Below are positions 1-9,418 of a DNA stretch of 64,000 nt, piece after piece. Both the position numbers and the translations under genes were made by a program. Within the stretch, counting starts at the first letter, position 1. Each line of letters opens with the position of its first letter. The notes beneath the pieces are model-generated. The model was not told where the DNA came from, did not search any database, and was given only the letters and a program-made list of their open reading frames with translations. Where the stretch lies: positions 62,001-126,000 of the IMG/VR virus record IMGVR_UViG_3300043410_001892. One strand, 5' to 3'.

Positions 1-1003
1 CATCTTCTCTAATAATTGCAGAAAGTCCGGGATGTTTTCTTATTGCAAGATTTCTAAAATTAGGATAATCTTTAATAATATCTCCTGGAGCTCTTAAAAT
101 ATCAATTGGATACTTTTCAATTTGAGTTTCAATTAAAACAGGTTTCTGTTCTGCAACAGTTCGTAGGTCATTAGCAGATAAATCAAAAACAGAAAAGTCA
201 TTAGCAGGTTGGTAAGAATATCTACTACTAATGCCTGAGATTAAATCGCTCAGTATTAGTGCAAGTATATACGGATGGAATTTATTCCCAGGTTTAGCAT
301 TAAAAGGACCTTTTGATTGATAAAGCAATTTATCATCTCTATTCCATTCAAATGTCAATACAGGCCAAACTGGTTTTAAACTGCGAAGACTTAGTAGATA
401 ATTTTCAGATCTTGATGCATTACCGCAGTGTCCCATAGCTTTTGATTCTAGTGGGTGCGTTGAGTGCGGTAACACCCACCAGTTATATTTTCCAACTGGC
501 AAGATTATTGAGTCACCTTCGAGAAGTTCAATATCTGGACGATTATCTAATTCTTGTTGTTTTTTATTATCAGCAATTATCTTTTGTTCTGCTGCAGTTG
601 CATTTGCTATCAATGCGTTTACTGTAGTAGTAGCAGGGCGAATAGCTTTAAGTACATTAGACATGTGTTGATTATTGCCGTAATTGCCTGCAAAGAAATG
701 TGTTAAATCTGTTTGTAGTTTATCAAATCCTTGAAACTGATATTCACCCTCGCCCCACATTTTATTAAATTCTGTTTGAAATGCTGGGTCTTGTGTTTCA
801 TTAAATCTTACAAAATTATTGTACAACAATGTAAACCATTGCAATGCTTGTTCTTTAATAAGTGTAGTTTTAGCCCATGATACTCGTGTGTCAAGTTCTT
901 GTTCACCTGAAGTACCAGGTGCACAGCTAGGTAGGTCAAGTTTCATCTTCCTAACTGTACTAGCATGATTTTCTAATAGAATTTTAAATTCATTAAATCT
1001 CAT
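1..1003 (-). CDS. PcfJ-like domain protein, paralog of 1000..3711; runs off the left edge and is not in the ORF track
   Basis: Manual translation from ATG at 1003 (ATGA overlap with the upstream stop): MRFNEFKILLENHASTVRKMKLDLP...ELDTRVSWAK...LLEGDSIILPVGKYNWWVLPHSTHPLESKAMGHCGNASRSENYLLSLRSLKPVWPVLTFEWNRDDKLLYQSKGPFNAKPGNKFHPYILALILSD. Open to base 1 and colinear with the neighbouring 903-aa protein. Confidence 0.85.
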   Translation of the reverse strand, partial: MRFNEFKILLENHASTVRKMKLDLPSCAPGTSGEQELDTRVSWAKTTLIKEQALQWFTLLYNNFVRFNETQDPAFQTEFNKMWGEGEYQFQGFDKLQTDLTHFFAGNYGNNQHMSNVLKAIRPATTTVNALIANATAAEQKIIADNKKQQELDNRPDIELLEGDSIILPVGKYNWWVLPHSTHPLESKAMGHCGNASRSENYLLSLRSLKPVWPVLTFEWNRDDKLLYQSKGPFNAKPGNKFHPYILALILSDLISGISSRYSYQPANDFSVFDLSANDLRTVAEQKPVLIETQIEKYPIDILRAPGDIIKDYPNFRNLAIRKHPGLSAIIRED

Positions 1004-3711
1004 TGTTGTCCCTCAAACGGATCTGGCCGCCATTGCTGTTGTTCAATGCTTTCTTTCATTTCTCTGATATAATCTTGAAATGCTTCCTCTTCAGTTGGGT
1101 GGCCAGCTATATCACGTAATTCGTTTAATTCTTCCTCACTAAACTTATCCGAGGCTACAACACCATCTATCTGATACATATGAAGTCGCAACGCGGTTGC
1201 AGCTAATTCAAACGTTTGATATCTACTTGGAATTGCAGCAAACGCTCCCCCGTTTTCGCCATTATTGCTATGTTGTATTGTTTTTAAATGTAGCTCATCA
1301 ATTTCTTCGGGAGTAAGAATCTTTGTAAAAACGTTATAATTTAGCCTGTTAATAATACAATCATTGTCAACATCATCATCATGTTCTACACCGGTAAACA
1401 ATACATGTTTTATCAAGTTACGATCAAGTAAGTGATACGGTAGCCAATCAGAAGTTATTAGGTATAATGAATTATTCGCGTCGTCTTCGGCAACAAACTC
1501 TAATGCATCAGTCCAAACGTCTCGAATTTCTTCAGTAGTAAAACTTTCGGGCGGAGTTGGGTTTTCTTCTAACTCAAGGAATTTCCAAGTGTTTCTTGTC
1601 ATCATAAGATTTATACCCTGTAATCTAAGATCCCCGTCTATTAGTTCAGGGTCGGCATACTCTAGTTGGTCTGGGTCTTTTTCAATTGCGTCTTTAGTTA
1701 TTGATTTTAGAAGCTCTATGTTAAACAATCCTTTTGGGATTTCATTTAACTTAAATGGATTATACATTTTACTAGAAAATACTGCAATCCAAGCTTTTTT
1801 TAATATTGCTTTATTTTTAAGAAGATGTTCTGGAAATTCTCTTAAATTATCTGGTTTTGCATAGCATCCCCTGACCCAAAAGTCTGCTTGGGTTTCGTCA
1901 CCATATGAATCAATATACGGGGCAATATTTACGTATTCAGGATGGTTACGTAATGTTTCATTTACAAACTCGTGTTTAAGACTGTTAGATATTAAGGCAT
2001 CTGGTAAATACCTTATTAAATTTGGGAGGCGCCTAATTGCATGTAACCATAGTCTTTCTCTTTCATTTTCGTCTTCAACTAAATCGGGTCTAAATCTTTC
2101 AATATACTCGCCTTGATTGTTACGTACTGCTTTATTTCTTATTTTATCTTTTTCTTCTTCTGGTATTGTAGCATTGACAAACGATTTGTGAACTACTAAA
2201 TGATGATTTTGATCAACTGCTGCGTTCCATAATTCAACTAAATCAGCACCGTCAAACAATCCATTAGGTAGTTTAGTTATTATGCTGCCTTCATCCCGAA
2301 TTTGGCTTTTCCATATATCTTTTTCATCATCTTCTGTGAATAAGTGTACTGGCCAGTCGGGTGTATTCAGATAAAATTTTGCAGCTTTCAACCATGCGGC
2401 TTTAACTTCTTCTCTAGTCCAACCGTCAGTGTTCATTCCTTTAATCAATTGAGGTTGTCTTGATAATGCTAGGTGTGCTAATTCTTTATAATGAGGAGCT
2501 CTATATGGCACTAGTTCAATTGCTGCTGGATTAGCGTTTTCAATTACTGACTTCATTATGTTATAGTTAGCACGTATACGATTATCACAATAACCTAAAT
2601 CACGAGGGTGAGCTATCATATATCTAGTAACTCGTTTTTCCCAATCTTGAAGTGTATTTGGAGCGTAGATAATCATCAGTGGATGTGATTTAATCGATTG
2701 TTCCCAAGTAGCTTCGTCAGTAGAAACATTTCCACTAGTATCAACTAATAAATTAATCCCTGGTAATCTCGTAATAGCAACCTTTCTATAATCTGGATCA
2801 GATCTTACCGATATAGGTGATCGTAAAAAGTCAATTGGGAATTTGTTAATTTGATCTACTATAAGCTTTGGTTTTGCTTGACTAATTTGGTTTATCAAAT
2901 CTTCTTTCATATCAAATATAGAAAAGTCACTACTAGCTTGGTATGATGTTCCGTATATACCTTCAACTATATCACTTAGTAATAATGCTAAAATTGCATA
3001 ATGAAATTTATTTGCTGGTTTAGAATTAGATCTTCCCTTCATTTGATGAAGTTCTTTCCTTTCAGGATTATATTCCATCGTAACCCAAGGCACTGGGGTT
3101 TTATCACGTAAACTTAATAATACACTTGAGCTCTGTGCAGCAGTACCACAATGCCCCATAAACTTAGATTCTGGTTCATGTGATCTAGTAGGTAATAACC
3201 ACCAATCACCTTGCTTACCAAGTGGTAATACTACATGGTCGCCTTCTAATATATCAATTGGAGTTTTATTTTTTAATTCTTCTTCATCAGCTTTTTTAAT
3301 ATCCTCTTCTACTGCTATCAAGTTTTTAACCAATGAATCAACTGTAGTAGTTTGTGCATTGATTCTTGAAAGTAATTGTATAGCGCGATTATCTCTCATA
3401 AATCTTGGAGTACCTAACCAATGATTTAACTCACTTTCAAAAACAGCAAAGTCGTCGATAGGATTTGCACCACCAAGCATACGCTCGTATACTGCTTTAG
3501 CTTTTGGATCAGTATTTTGTTTTAGCCAAGCTTCGTATAATGAAATATACCAAAGCATTGATTGATTTCTATCATTAAATACTTGTTTAGCCCAATTTAC
3601 CCGAGCGTCAATGTCTGCTACGTGGTCTGGAAGTTCAGTTTTAAGTTTGTTTAGTTTGCCATTATAATTTTCAAATAACAATAAATTTTCATATAATTCT
3701 CTTAGGAACAT
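1000..3711 (-). CDS. PcfJ-like domain protein with C-terminal DUF4116-like helical repeats
   Basis: ESKFMGHCGTAA...LLSLRD...VTMEYNP...LHQMKGRSNSKP fits the PcfJ E-x3-M-x-HC...SLR...TxE...QxKGxxN pattern. The C-terminal half has repeated P-x-x-L/I-x-Y/F-x-P units (PNLIRYLPDAL, PDNLREFPEHL, PDQLEYADPEL). Confidence 0.7.
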   Translation of the reverse strand: MFLRELYENLLLFENYNGKLNKLKTELPDHVADIDARVNWAKQVFNDRNQSMLWYISLYEAWLKQNTDPKAKAVYERMLGGANPIDDFAVFESELNHWLGTPRFMRDNRAIQLLSRINAQTTTVDSLVKNLIAVEEDIKKADEEELKNKTPIDILEGDHVVLPLGKQGDWWLLPTRSHEPESKFMGHCGTAAQSSSVLLSLRDKTPVPWVTMEYNPERKELHQMKGRSNSKPANKFHYAILALLLSDIVEGIYGTSYQASSDFSIFDMKEDLINQISQAKPKLIVDQINKFPIDFLRSPISVRSDPDYRKVAITRLPGINLLVDTSGNVSTDEATWEQSIKSHPLMIIYAPNTLQDWEKRVTRYMIAHPRDLGYCDNRIRANYNIMKSVIENANPAAIELVPYRAPHYKELAHLALSRQPQLIKGMNTDGWTREEVKAAWLKAAKFYLNTPDWPVHLFTEDDEKDIWKSQIRDEGSIITKLPNGLFDGADLVELWNAAVDQNHHLVVHKSFVNATIPEEEKDKIRNKAVRNNQGEYIERFRPDLVEDENERERLWLHAIRRLPNLIRYLPDALISNSLKHEFVNETLRNHPEYVNIAPYIDSYGDETQADFWVRGCYAKPDNLREFPEHLLKNKAILKKAWIAVFSSKMYNPFKLNEIPKGLFNIELLKSITKDAIEKDPDQLEYADPELIDGDLRLQGINLMMTRNTWKFLELEENPTPPESFTTEEIRDVWTDALEFVAEDDANNSLYLITSDWLPYHLLDRNLIKHVLFTGVEHDDDVDNDCIINRLNYNVFTKILTPEEIDELHLKTIQHSNNGENGGAFAAIPSRYQTFELAATALRLHMYQIDGVVASDKFSEEELNELRDIAGHPTEEEAFQDYIREMKESIEQQQWRPDPFEGQQ

Positions 3712-3738
3712 TATAAATCCTTTAAATATAATTTATTA

Positions 3739-3746
3739 TATTTATT
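3739..3746 (-). promoter_or_regulatory. T4-late-like promoter motif (AATAAATA) upstream of the PcfJ-like gene
   Basis: ATAAATA core about 30 nt before the ATG, followed by AAGGA Shine-Dalgarno. Confidence 0.45.
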
Positions 3747-3750
3747 CCAT

Positions 3751-5145
3751 TTAGTAGTCGTCTACGTCTAAATTATTGATCAAATCTCGCAGTGCAGAGC
3801 TTTGTATACCGGGTTTAACTTTAGCAGTTTCTTCTACTGTAGTTCTGTTTTTAATTGAATTTAATAATGCATTACCTGCTGTTGGTGCAGATGCATTACC
3901 GTACCCTTGATCTTCTTCTATGTCAGTAATTCGTAAAGTATCAATATCATAACCAAGATCAATTTTCATACCAACACCTGAGCTGCTACGTGTTTTCATA
4001 AGTTGGATTTGATATCTACCACGTTCGCGCATTGCTCTACTTGTAAAAATACCAAACACGTTATCAGCAGTTTGAATTTTACTTAACCCACCTGAGATAT
4101 GACTATGGTCAAATTCAACTTCCTCTACCGCTCCTCTATTAAGCTGTGCCGCAGTAACAAATACACAGTTCTTTTCAACTGCTAGATTTCTTAATTCCTC
4201 ACTAACATATTTGTCTTTAATGAATAAGTCAGCTGGACTAATCTTTTTAGATATTGGCATTAGCAAATCTAAATAATCTACTAATAGTACGTCAACTTTA
4301 ATGCCTGATTTAATTTCGTATTCTTTTAAATAACTTCTAATATCGTTAGCTGTTTTGCCTGACGGCATATATTTAACTTGGAATGATCCGGATTTCTTAC
4401 TAATCATTCTAACTTTAAGTTCTACATCATCAATATTTTTAAATACTTCTCTAGTTGAAATACCTGTAAGCATACTATCAATACGCATTGAAACAAGTTC
4501 TTCACTAAGTTCTAATGTTAAGTAAACTACATTCATTCCTGCTAATGCCCAGTTTACACCTAAGTTAGCTAAGAATAATGATTTACCAGCGCCCGATCCA
4601 CCTGCAAAGATATTAAGTTCTCCTCTGTTCATACCGCCAAAGAGTCTATCATCCATGTTTTTCCAACCAGTAGATACTTGTCCGTTTTTATCTTTAATCT
4701 TCATTAGCCGTTCTCTTGGATTAGCAAAATAATCAGTACCAAGATCTTTTTGTAATCCTATTTGTACAGCCTTTTTAATTTTATCTTCAACTGGGCCATA
4801 TTCACCTTTTTCAAGTAAATCAGCTGATTCATTAATAGCTCGCTCGAGGCCTTTATGTCTAATAAATGTTTCAAAGTCTGAAAGTAACCAATCGTAATGC
4901 TCTTCTTTAAGGTTATCAATTTCTTTAAGATCACCTTTTGTTGCTGCATTGATAATATCAAATGTTGGCATTACATTATGTTCGTTTACGTAGTCGTTTA
5001 TAAATTCTGCAGGTTTTTGTAATTTGCGATCAAACAAGGAATGATCAAAAATTGATTGGCATCTAACAAACGTAGCTGCATCACTTATCATCATTTCTAA
5101 ATATAATTTTTGTATATCATAACCATAGTCTACGTTTTGTTTCAT
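3751..5145 (-). CDS. gp41: DnaB-like replicative helicase (T4 gp41-like)
   Basis: Walker A GGSGAGKS, LTLELSEE, VDYLDL, TAAQLNR, KIQTAD and QLMKTRS motifs. Confidence 0.95.
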   Translation of the reverse strand: MKQNVDYGYDIQKLYLEMMISDAATFVRCQSIFDHSLFDRKLQKPAEFINDYVNEHNVMPTFDIINAATKGDLKEIDNLKEEHYDWLLSDFETFIRHKGLERAINESADLLEKGEYGPVEDKIKKAVQIGLQKDLGTDYFANPRERLMKIKDKNGQVSTGWKNMDDRLFGGMNRGELNIFAGGSGAGKSLFLANLGVNWALAGMNVVYLTLELSEELVSMRIDSMLTGISTREVFKNIDDVELKVRMISKKSGSFQVKYMPSGKTANDIRSYLKEYEIKSGIKVDVLLVDYLDLLMPISKKISPADLFIKDKYVSEELRNLAVEKNCVFVTAAQLNRGAVEEVEFDHSHISGGLSKIQTADNVFGIFTSRAMRERGRYQIQLMKTRSSSGVGMKIDLGYDIDTLRITDIEEDQGYGNASAPTAGNALLNSIKNRTTVEETAKVKPGIQSSALRDLINNLDVDDY

Positions 5146-5166
5146 TTAATATCCTGTTGAAAGAGT

Positions 5167-5194
5167 AGTACGTTATGCACCTACATAACGTACT
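5167..5194. terminator. Inverted repeat between the DUF2490-like gene and the helicase
   Basis: AGTACGTTATG-cacctA-CATAACGTACT, 11-bp stem; no clear U-tract. Confidence 0.45.
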
Positions 5195-5204
5195 CGTACA
5201 TCAA

Positions 5205-5903
5205 TTACTTAAACACGTCGCCGTATAGTGATACACTTAAGATATGCGCCATTCGATCGTAATTATTTTCACGATTCATATATTGATTTAAATAACCAAT
5301 TTCAGTTCTGTAGTTATCGTTAAATTTATAACCAACTCCAACAAACCCTCTATTTTGATCAAAACCAGATACTGGACCCCAGTTAGTTTTATTAACATTA
5401 GCAAAGAATTCTTCTGATGCAATCAGTGACCATTTTTTGTTAAGGTTATGTGTTAGTTTAGCTTGTTCACGGAATCTAACACTAGTATCGTCACTAATAT
5501 CTACAGTACGTTCTTCTAAGCGTGATCTAAAGGTTAGCGTATCAGAGTTATCAAAGTTATATCTATATTCATGTTGTTGCCAAGCACGTTGTTCATCTAG
5601 TGGTTTTTTAGCGTATGGCGGTTCACCGTACTGATATGCATAACCAAAGATTACTTTATTGTTATCTGTAAGTTGATAGCCTAACCCAATCCGCCCAACT
5701 AAGCCGTGAATATCAAATCCAGGATCATGAATTGATTTAGGGTTATCTGTTGCACGAGCAGAACCTTCTGCATAATACAATGCTTTTGAATTAGCAATGT
5801 TACCAGAAAGTACAACTGTCCCCCATGTTCCAAATAATTCTTCAGTACTAGCAGTTGCTACTACTGGTAATAATAATGTCAATAATAATAAAAGTTTTTT
5901 CAT
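5205..5903 (-). CDS. DUF2490-like outer-membrane beta-barrel protein with signal peptide
   Basis: Signal peptide MKKLLLLLTLLLPVVATA. Amphipathic strands and DUF2490-typical motifs RIGLGYQL, EQRAWQQ, RSRLEER, RFREQAKL, SEEFF, FDQNRGFVGVGYKF, EIGYLNQY. Confidence 0.85.
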   Translation of the reverse strand: MKKLLLLLTLLLPVVATASTEELFGTWGTVVLSGNIANSKALYYAEGSARATDNPKSIHDPGFDIHGLVGRIGLGYQLTDNNKVIFGYAYQYGEPPYAKKPLDEQRAWQQHEYRYNFDNSDTLTFRSRLEERTVDISDDTSVRFREQAKLTHNLNKKWSLIASEEFFANVNKTNWGPVSGFDQNRGFVGVGYKFNDNYRTEIGYLNQYMNRENNYDRMAHILSVSLYGDVFK

Positions 5904-6883
5904 AAATCTACCTCTTTAAAAAAATTCTTAGCTCTTAATTGAATTTTAAGAGCATAGCTTTGCCGTGATTCAATGATTAGCCATAGTGTAGCCAATCGTC
6001 CAAGTTTAGTAACAGCATCGTTTACGTCTTTTATGCCTTCGGGCCATTCTGGCATACTTACTGACCATCCGTAATCGATTGCTTGTTCTACAGTTTTAAT
6101 GCCTTCGTGATCTCTATCCGGAACTAATATAATTTCTTTATAAAATCTTTTTAGTAACCAATTTTGTTTATCGTTTATTTCGCAACCTAATATTGCACAG
6201 CCATCAATGCTAATTGCATCAAGTGTACCTTCGCATACTATAATAAATTTTCGATCATGTGTTTGTCGATCAAGATTAAAAACAAACCCAGGTTGTTGTT
6301 CTGATAAGTATCGTGGTCCATGATTAGGGTCAACACTTCTTGCTGTGTACCCAACTAAACGATTTTCATAGTAATATGGTATAATCAATCTTTTATTATA
6401 TTTGACATGTGAACTCCAATGAAATGGATAATCATCCAAATATAAATTTCGACTGTTCATATATTCCAATACTGGAATAAGTTTATCTGGTATATTGTTT
6501 AAGTAAGTTGTAATAGGTTTTGCGTTGTATGGCAAAGTCTTTGTTTCAAAAGACGGAATTAACGTTTCTATTTGTAGAAGTTCTGAGGCTTCTACTCTAA
6601 ATGCTTCACGTGTTAGTTTAGAAATTTCACTATCGCTTATATTAAGAAAGCGCATAAAATCTTTTACTCTTTTGCTTATATGCCGACCTGGTTGCCAACT
6701 TGCTTTAAACCCACAATTAAAGCAATGGTAAGATAAACCTCCATCATTGTTAGTAATAAAGCCACCACGACTTCTTGTATCCTGGCAACAAGGTGCGTTG
6801 CCAGTGATCCATCCGCTTGGTGTTTTTTTAGTTCGCCTACCAGTTTGCCAGTATACAAGTAATGTATCTGTAATTAAGTTCAT
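5900..6883 (-). CDS. gp61: DNA primase (T4 gp61-like): Zn-binding domain plus TOPRIM
   Basis: N-terminal CCQD...HCFNCG; TOPRIM CEGTLDA and PDRDHEG; KDVND. Confidence 0.9.
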   Translation of the reverse strand: MNLITDTLLVYWQTGRRTKKTPSGWITGNAPCCQDTRSRGGFITNNDGGLSYHCFNCGFKASWQPGRHISKRVKDFMRFLNISDSEISKLTREAFRVEASELLQIETLIPSFETKTLPYNAKPITTYLNNIPDKLIPVLEYMNSRNLYLDDYPFHWSSHVKYNKRLIIPYYYENRLVGYTARSVDPNHGPRYLSEQQPGFVFNLDRQTHDRKFIIVCEGTLDAISIDGCAILGCEINDKQNWLLKRFYKEIILVPDRDHEGIKTVEQAIDYGWSVSMPEWPEGIKDVNDAVTKLGRLATLWLIIESRQSYALKIQLRAKNFFKEVDL

Positions 6884-6909
6884 ATGGTAGGTTGGTTGAT
6901 TAAAATACT

Positions 6910-6938
6910 ATTATACTATAACACAGTAACGCTGTCAA
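6910..6938 (-). promoter_or_regulatory. Consensus sigma70 promoter for the primase-porin-helicase genes
   Basis: Minus strand TTGACA-N17-TATAAT (plus 6933-6938 and 6910-6915), mostly embedded in the 3' end of the upstream gene. Confidence 0.85.
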
Positions 6939-7719
6939 CCGTTCCGGTAGGGTTGACAGGATTGTTACCTTGATATAGTACTCTAAAATATTTAAAATCT
7001 GCGATGTTAATGTCGTTGAATGTTACGATTACTGTAGTAGCTGTTGGTAAAATACGTTCAGCTAATTTTGTTGCATGTAAGAATGAATTCACACTAATAG
7101 TTGAATTAGTTGTAGCTTCAAGCCATATTTTTCCAATAAAGCCTGTAACTGCAATAGAAAAAGATAAGCGTGTAGTAGGGATTGCTTCATAATAGGTTGC
7201 AGGTATAGCACTTGTGTGATATACAACATTGCCCATAAAATCAATTTCACCTGTAAATGTTTTATAAATTTTTTCATCACGGAATGTTGGCATGGCACTA
7301 CCGATGAGATCCATAGTCCCTACTGCTCCAAATTTAGTGTCAGCATATAGCAACACATCTTTTCCATCTTTAATTGCTGAAACGCTAAACTTTAAAAATT
7401 GAGGAGTTAAATCAGTAAGATCTTCTTGTGGTATAGTTACTACTGCAATTCCTTTCTTTTCAGTTAGTTCGAGACGATATGGGCTATTAGGCAATGCGGT
7501 ACCTGATGCATCCATGATGTTTAATTCAATAAAGGTTAGTGTAGTCAAATCGATTCTTTTTTGATCTGCATTCTTAATTTCGAATTCAATGGTATTATCA
7601 ATACCATTATATAATTTTACGTTTCTTTGATACACTGATGAAAACTCCACTGTAAATCCGGCCAGATCGATTAGAAGTAAGACTCGGTTTGGGTATAAAT
7701 AACTTGATATTTTTTGCAT
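6916..7719 (-). CDS. Hypothetical beta-rich protein, possibly structural
   Basis: Intact ORF; likely ATG at 7719 after AAGGA and a late-like promoter; no family recognised with confidence. Confidence 0.6.
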   Translation of the reverse strand: MQKISSYLYPNRVLLLIDLAGFTVEFSSVYQRNVKLYNGIDNTIEFEIKNADQKRIDLTTLTFIELNIMDASGTALPNSPYRLELTEKKGIAVVTIPQEDLTDLTPQFLKFSVSAIKDGKDVLLYADTKFGAVGTMDLIGSAMPTFRDEKIYKTFTGEIDFMGNVVYHTSAIPATYYEAIPTTRLSFSIAVTGFIGKIWLEATTNSTISVNSFLHATKLAERILPTATTVIVTFNDINIADFKYFRVLYQGNNPVNPTGTVDSVTVL

Positions 7720-7745
7720 TGGCAATATCCTTTTATATATTTATG
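7694..7745. promoter_or_regulatory. Overlapping divergent late-like promoters
   Basis: TATAAATA on plus at 7694-7701, inside the minus gene. CATAAATA on minus at 7738-7745, overlapping the ATG of the plus gene. Confidence 0.5.
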
Positions 7746-8120
7746 ACAAACCTAAGAGATAACATAGAACAAAATTTACCCTTTATAAGTGTATTAAATT
7801 ATGGAAACGACGAGTATGTTGGTATAATCATTAACCAAGATCAGTATGTAACAAGTTTTTATGATTTAAATGCAATACAATCTGCCGAAGACAAAGCTAC
7901 ATTCTTAGAAGTTGGCGAAATTTGGTGGTGGGAATCAAATAGACAATTACCAATATCAATCTTTTGTAAAGATGATATACGACCGTTTAGTTATGCAATT
8001 AAAACTTTCAATAGTAAAGATACTAGAATTATTCTAGGCCCAGTAGTTAATTTAATGAATCTAACAATTAAACGAGTCAAACGTAAATCAGTTCAACTCG
8101 TCCGTCGTCCTACACGTTAA
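7743..8120 (+). CDS. Hypothetical protein (WWWESNR motif)
   Basis: Likely start MTNLRDNIEQ at 7743; natural composition; fills the gap between two minus-strand genes. Confidence 0.7.
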   Translation: MTNLRDNIEQNLPFISVLNYGNDEYVGIIINQDQYVTSFYDLNAIQSAEDKATFLEVGEIWWWESNRQLPISIFCKDDIRPFSYAIKTFNSKDTRIILGPVVNLMNLTIKRVKRKSVQLVRRPTR

Positions 8121-8677
8121 ATAAGTTGTTCTACTAATAAATTCATTTGTATAATGATTGCCATAGAATATGCAATGGCATGTGATTTTCGAAATGAATA
8201 ACCTGCGTCAGTATCTGTAGTGTCCCAAATTTCTTTCATCACTGTAGTCCAGTCTTTCCCAATCAGATAGCGTTTCGCGGGGCGTATCATCGCAAGGACT
8301 GCAGCTAATTGTTCCACCGAAATCGGCTGCATCTGTTTCAGAATATCTATATGCCCGCTTATATGAAATAGTAGATTCACAAAATCTTCTTGAAGTAAAA
8401 GTTCCCATATTGGCTCAGTTTCCATTAGTCTAATTAAATGATCATTGTCTTTAATGTCTCTATAAATATTAACATTTAAAAAATCAATTTTAAAATAACC
8501 CCTATCTTCAGCTTCTTTGTAGTCAAGTGTACTCACATTAGTTATTGGATTATGCGGTATTCTATGACAGTAGATGCCTGTGTTGTGCTTTTTATGAATA
8601 TTGATGGCTGCTGTGATATATTTGATTTTAGACAGAGCGTCATCTCTATTTGCAAAATCAATATCTATATCTGGCAT
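8117..8677 (-). CDS. dnaE: Miniature DNA polymerase III alpha (DnaE, C-family) catalytic-core-like protein
   Basis: MPDIDIDF, HNTGIY, FKIDFLNV and FRKSHAIAYS match DnaE palm and fingers motifs; GGAGG Shine-Dalgarno upstream. Confidence 0.85.
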   Translation of the reverse strand: MPDIDIDFANRDDALSKIKYITAAINIHKKHNTGIYCHRIPHNPITNVSTLDYKEAEDRGYFKIDFLNVNIYRDIKDNDHLIRLMETEPIWELLLQEDFVNLLFHISGHIDILKQMQPISVEQLAAVLAMIRPAKRYLIGKDWTTVMKEIWDTTDTDAGYSFRKSHAIAYSMAIIIQMNLLVEQLI

Positions 8678-8725
8678 TTGTAGTGAACCTCCAGTGTAAG
8701 TTTATTTCAATCTCAATATTTATGC

Positions 8726-9418
8726 TCATAGCGAACTCTCCTTAACCACAGTTTTTACAAGTTCTACATCGCTTGCATTCTTTTTAAACTTATCAAACCA
8801 AAATGGTAAATCTAATACAGCACTAACAGCTGCCAATTGTTCGTCATTAAATTTTTTAATCATTAGCTTACCTGAATTTGAGTTTAAAATAAGCCATGGG
8901 CTAATCTTACCATCTTTAATATCATACATTGTTCTATTTAAACTAGCATATAAGAAATAATGATTCCATTGTGAATCATGAGTATCGGCCCATGTTATCA
9001 TATGCGATATACTACGTTCTAATGCAGTATCAACACATTCAGTTTTAATTAGATTAACTACGTATTTGTCATACAAATCATCTTTACACCAGTGATCAAG
9101 TTTAGCTCCACTTGTTACTACATATTCTATAAACTTTTCAGGATATAATGGTTTTACGTTACTAATAAAACTACCAAACTTTACAAACGCATTATAGTAT
9201 GGACTTTTACAAAAATCCTCATATGTTTTTGAACCATTAAAGTTTTGAGTTTTTTGAAAAAATATGTTGTATGTTCGAAACCCTATCACAACGTGTTTAG
9301 CAGATTTTGCTAATGCTCTACGTTTTTGTTCGCAGACATGCACTGCAAGAGTAGATTCTTTTACGAATTTACTTTTACAGTACTGACATACAAATGGTTT
9401 AGATGCGTCAACTTTCAT
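8726..9418 (-). CDS. Hypothetical protein with N-terminal zinc finger
   Basis: FVCQYCKSKFVKESTLAVHVC (C-x2-C-x12-H-x-C). Confidence 0.65.
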   Translation of the reverse strand: MKVDASKPFVCQYCKSKFVKESTLAVHVCEQKRRALAKSAKHVVIGFRTYNIFFQKTQNFNGSKTYEDFCKSPYYNAFVKFGSFISNVKPLYPEKFIEYVVTSGAKLDHWCKDDLYDKYVVNLIKTECVDTALERSISHMITWADTHDSQWNHYFLYASLNRTMYDIKDGKISPWLILNSNSGKLMIKKFNDEQLAAVSAVLDLPFWFDKFKKNASDVELVKTVVKESSL

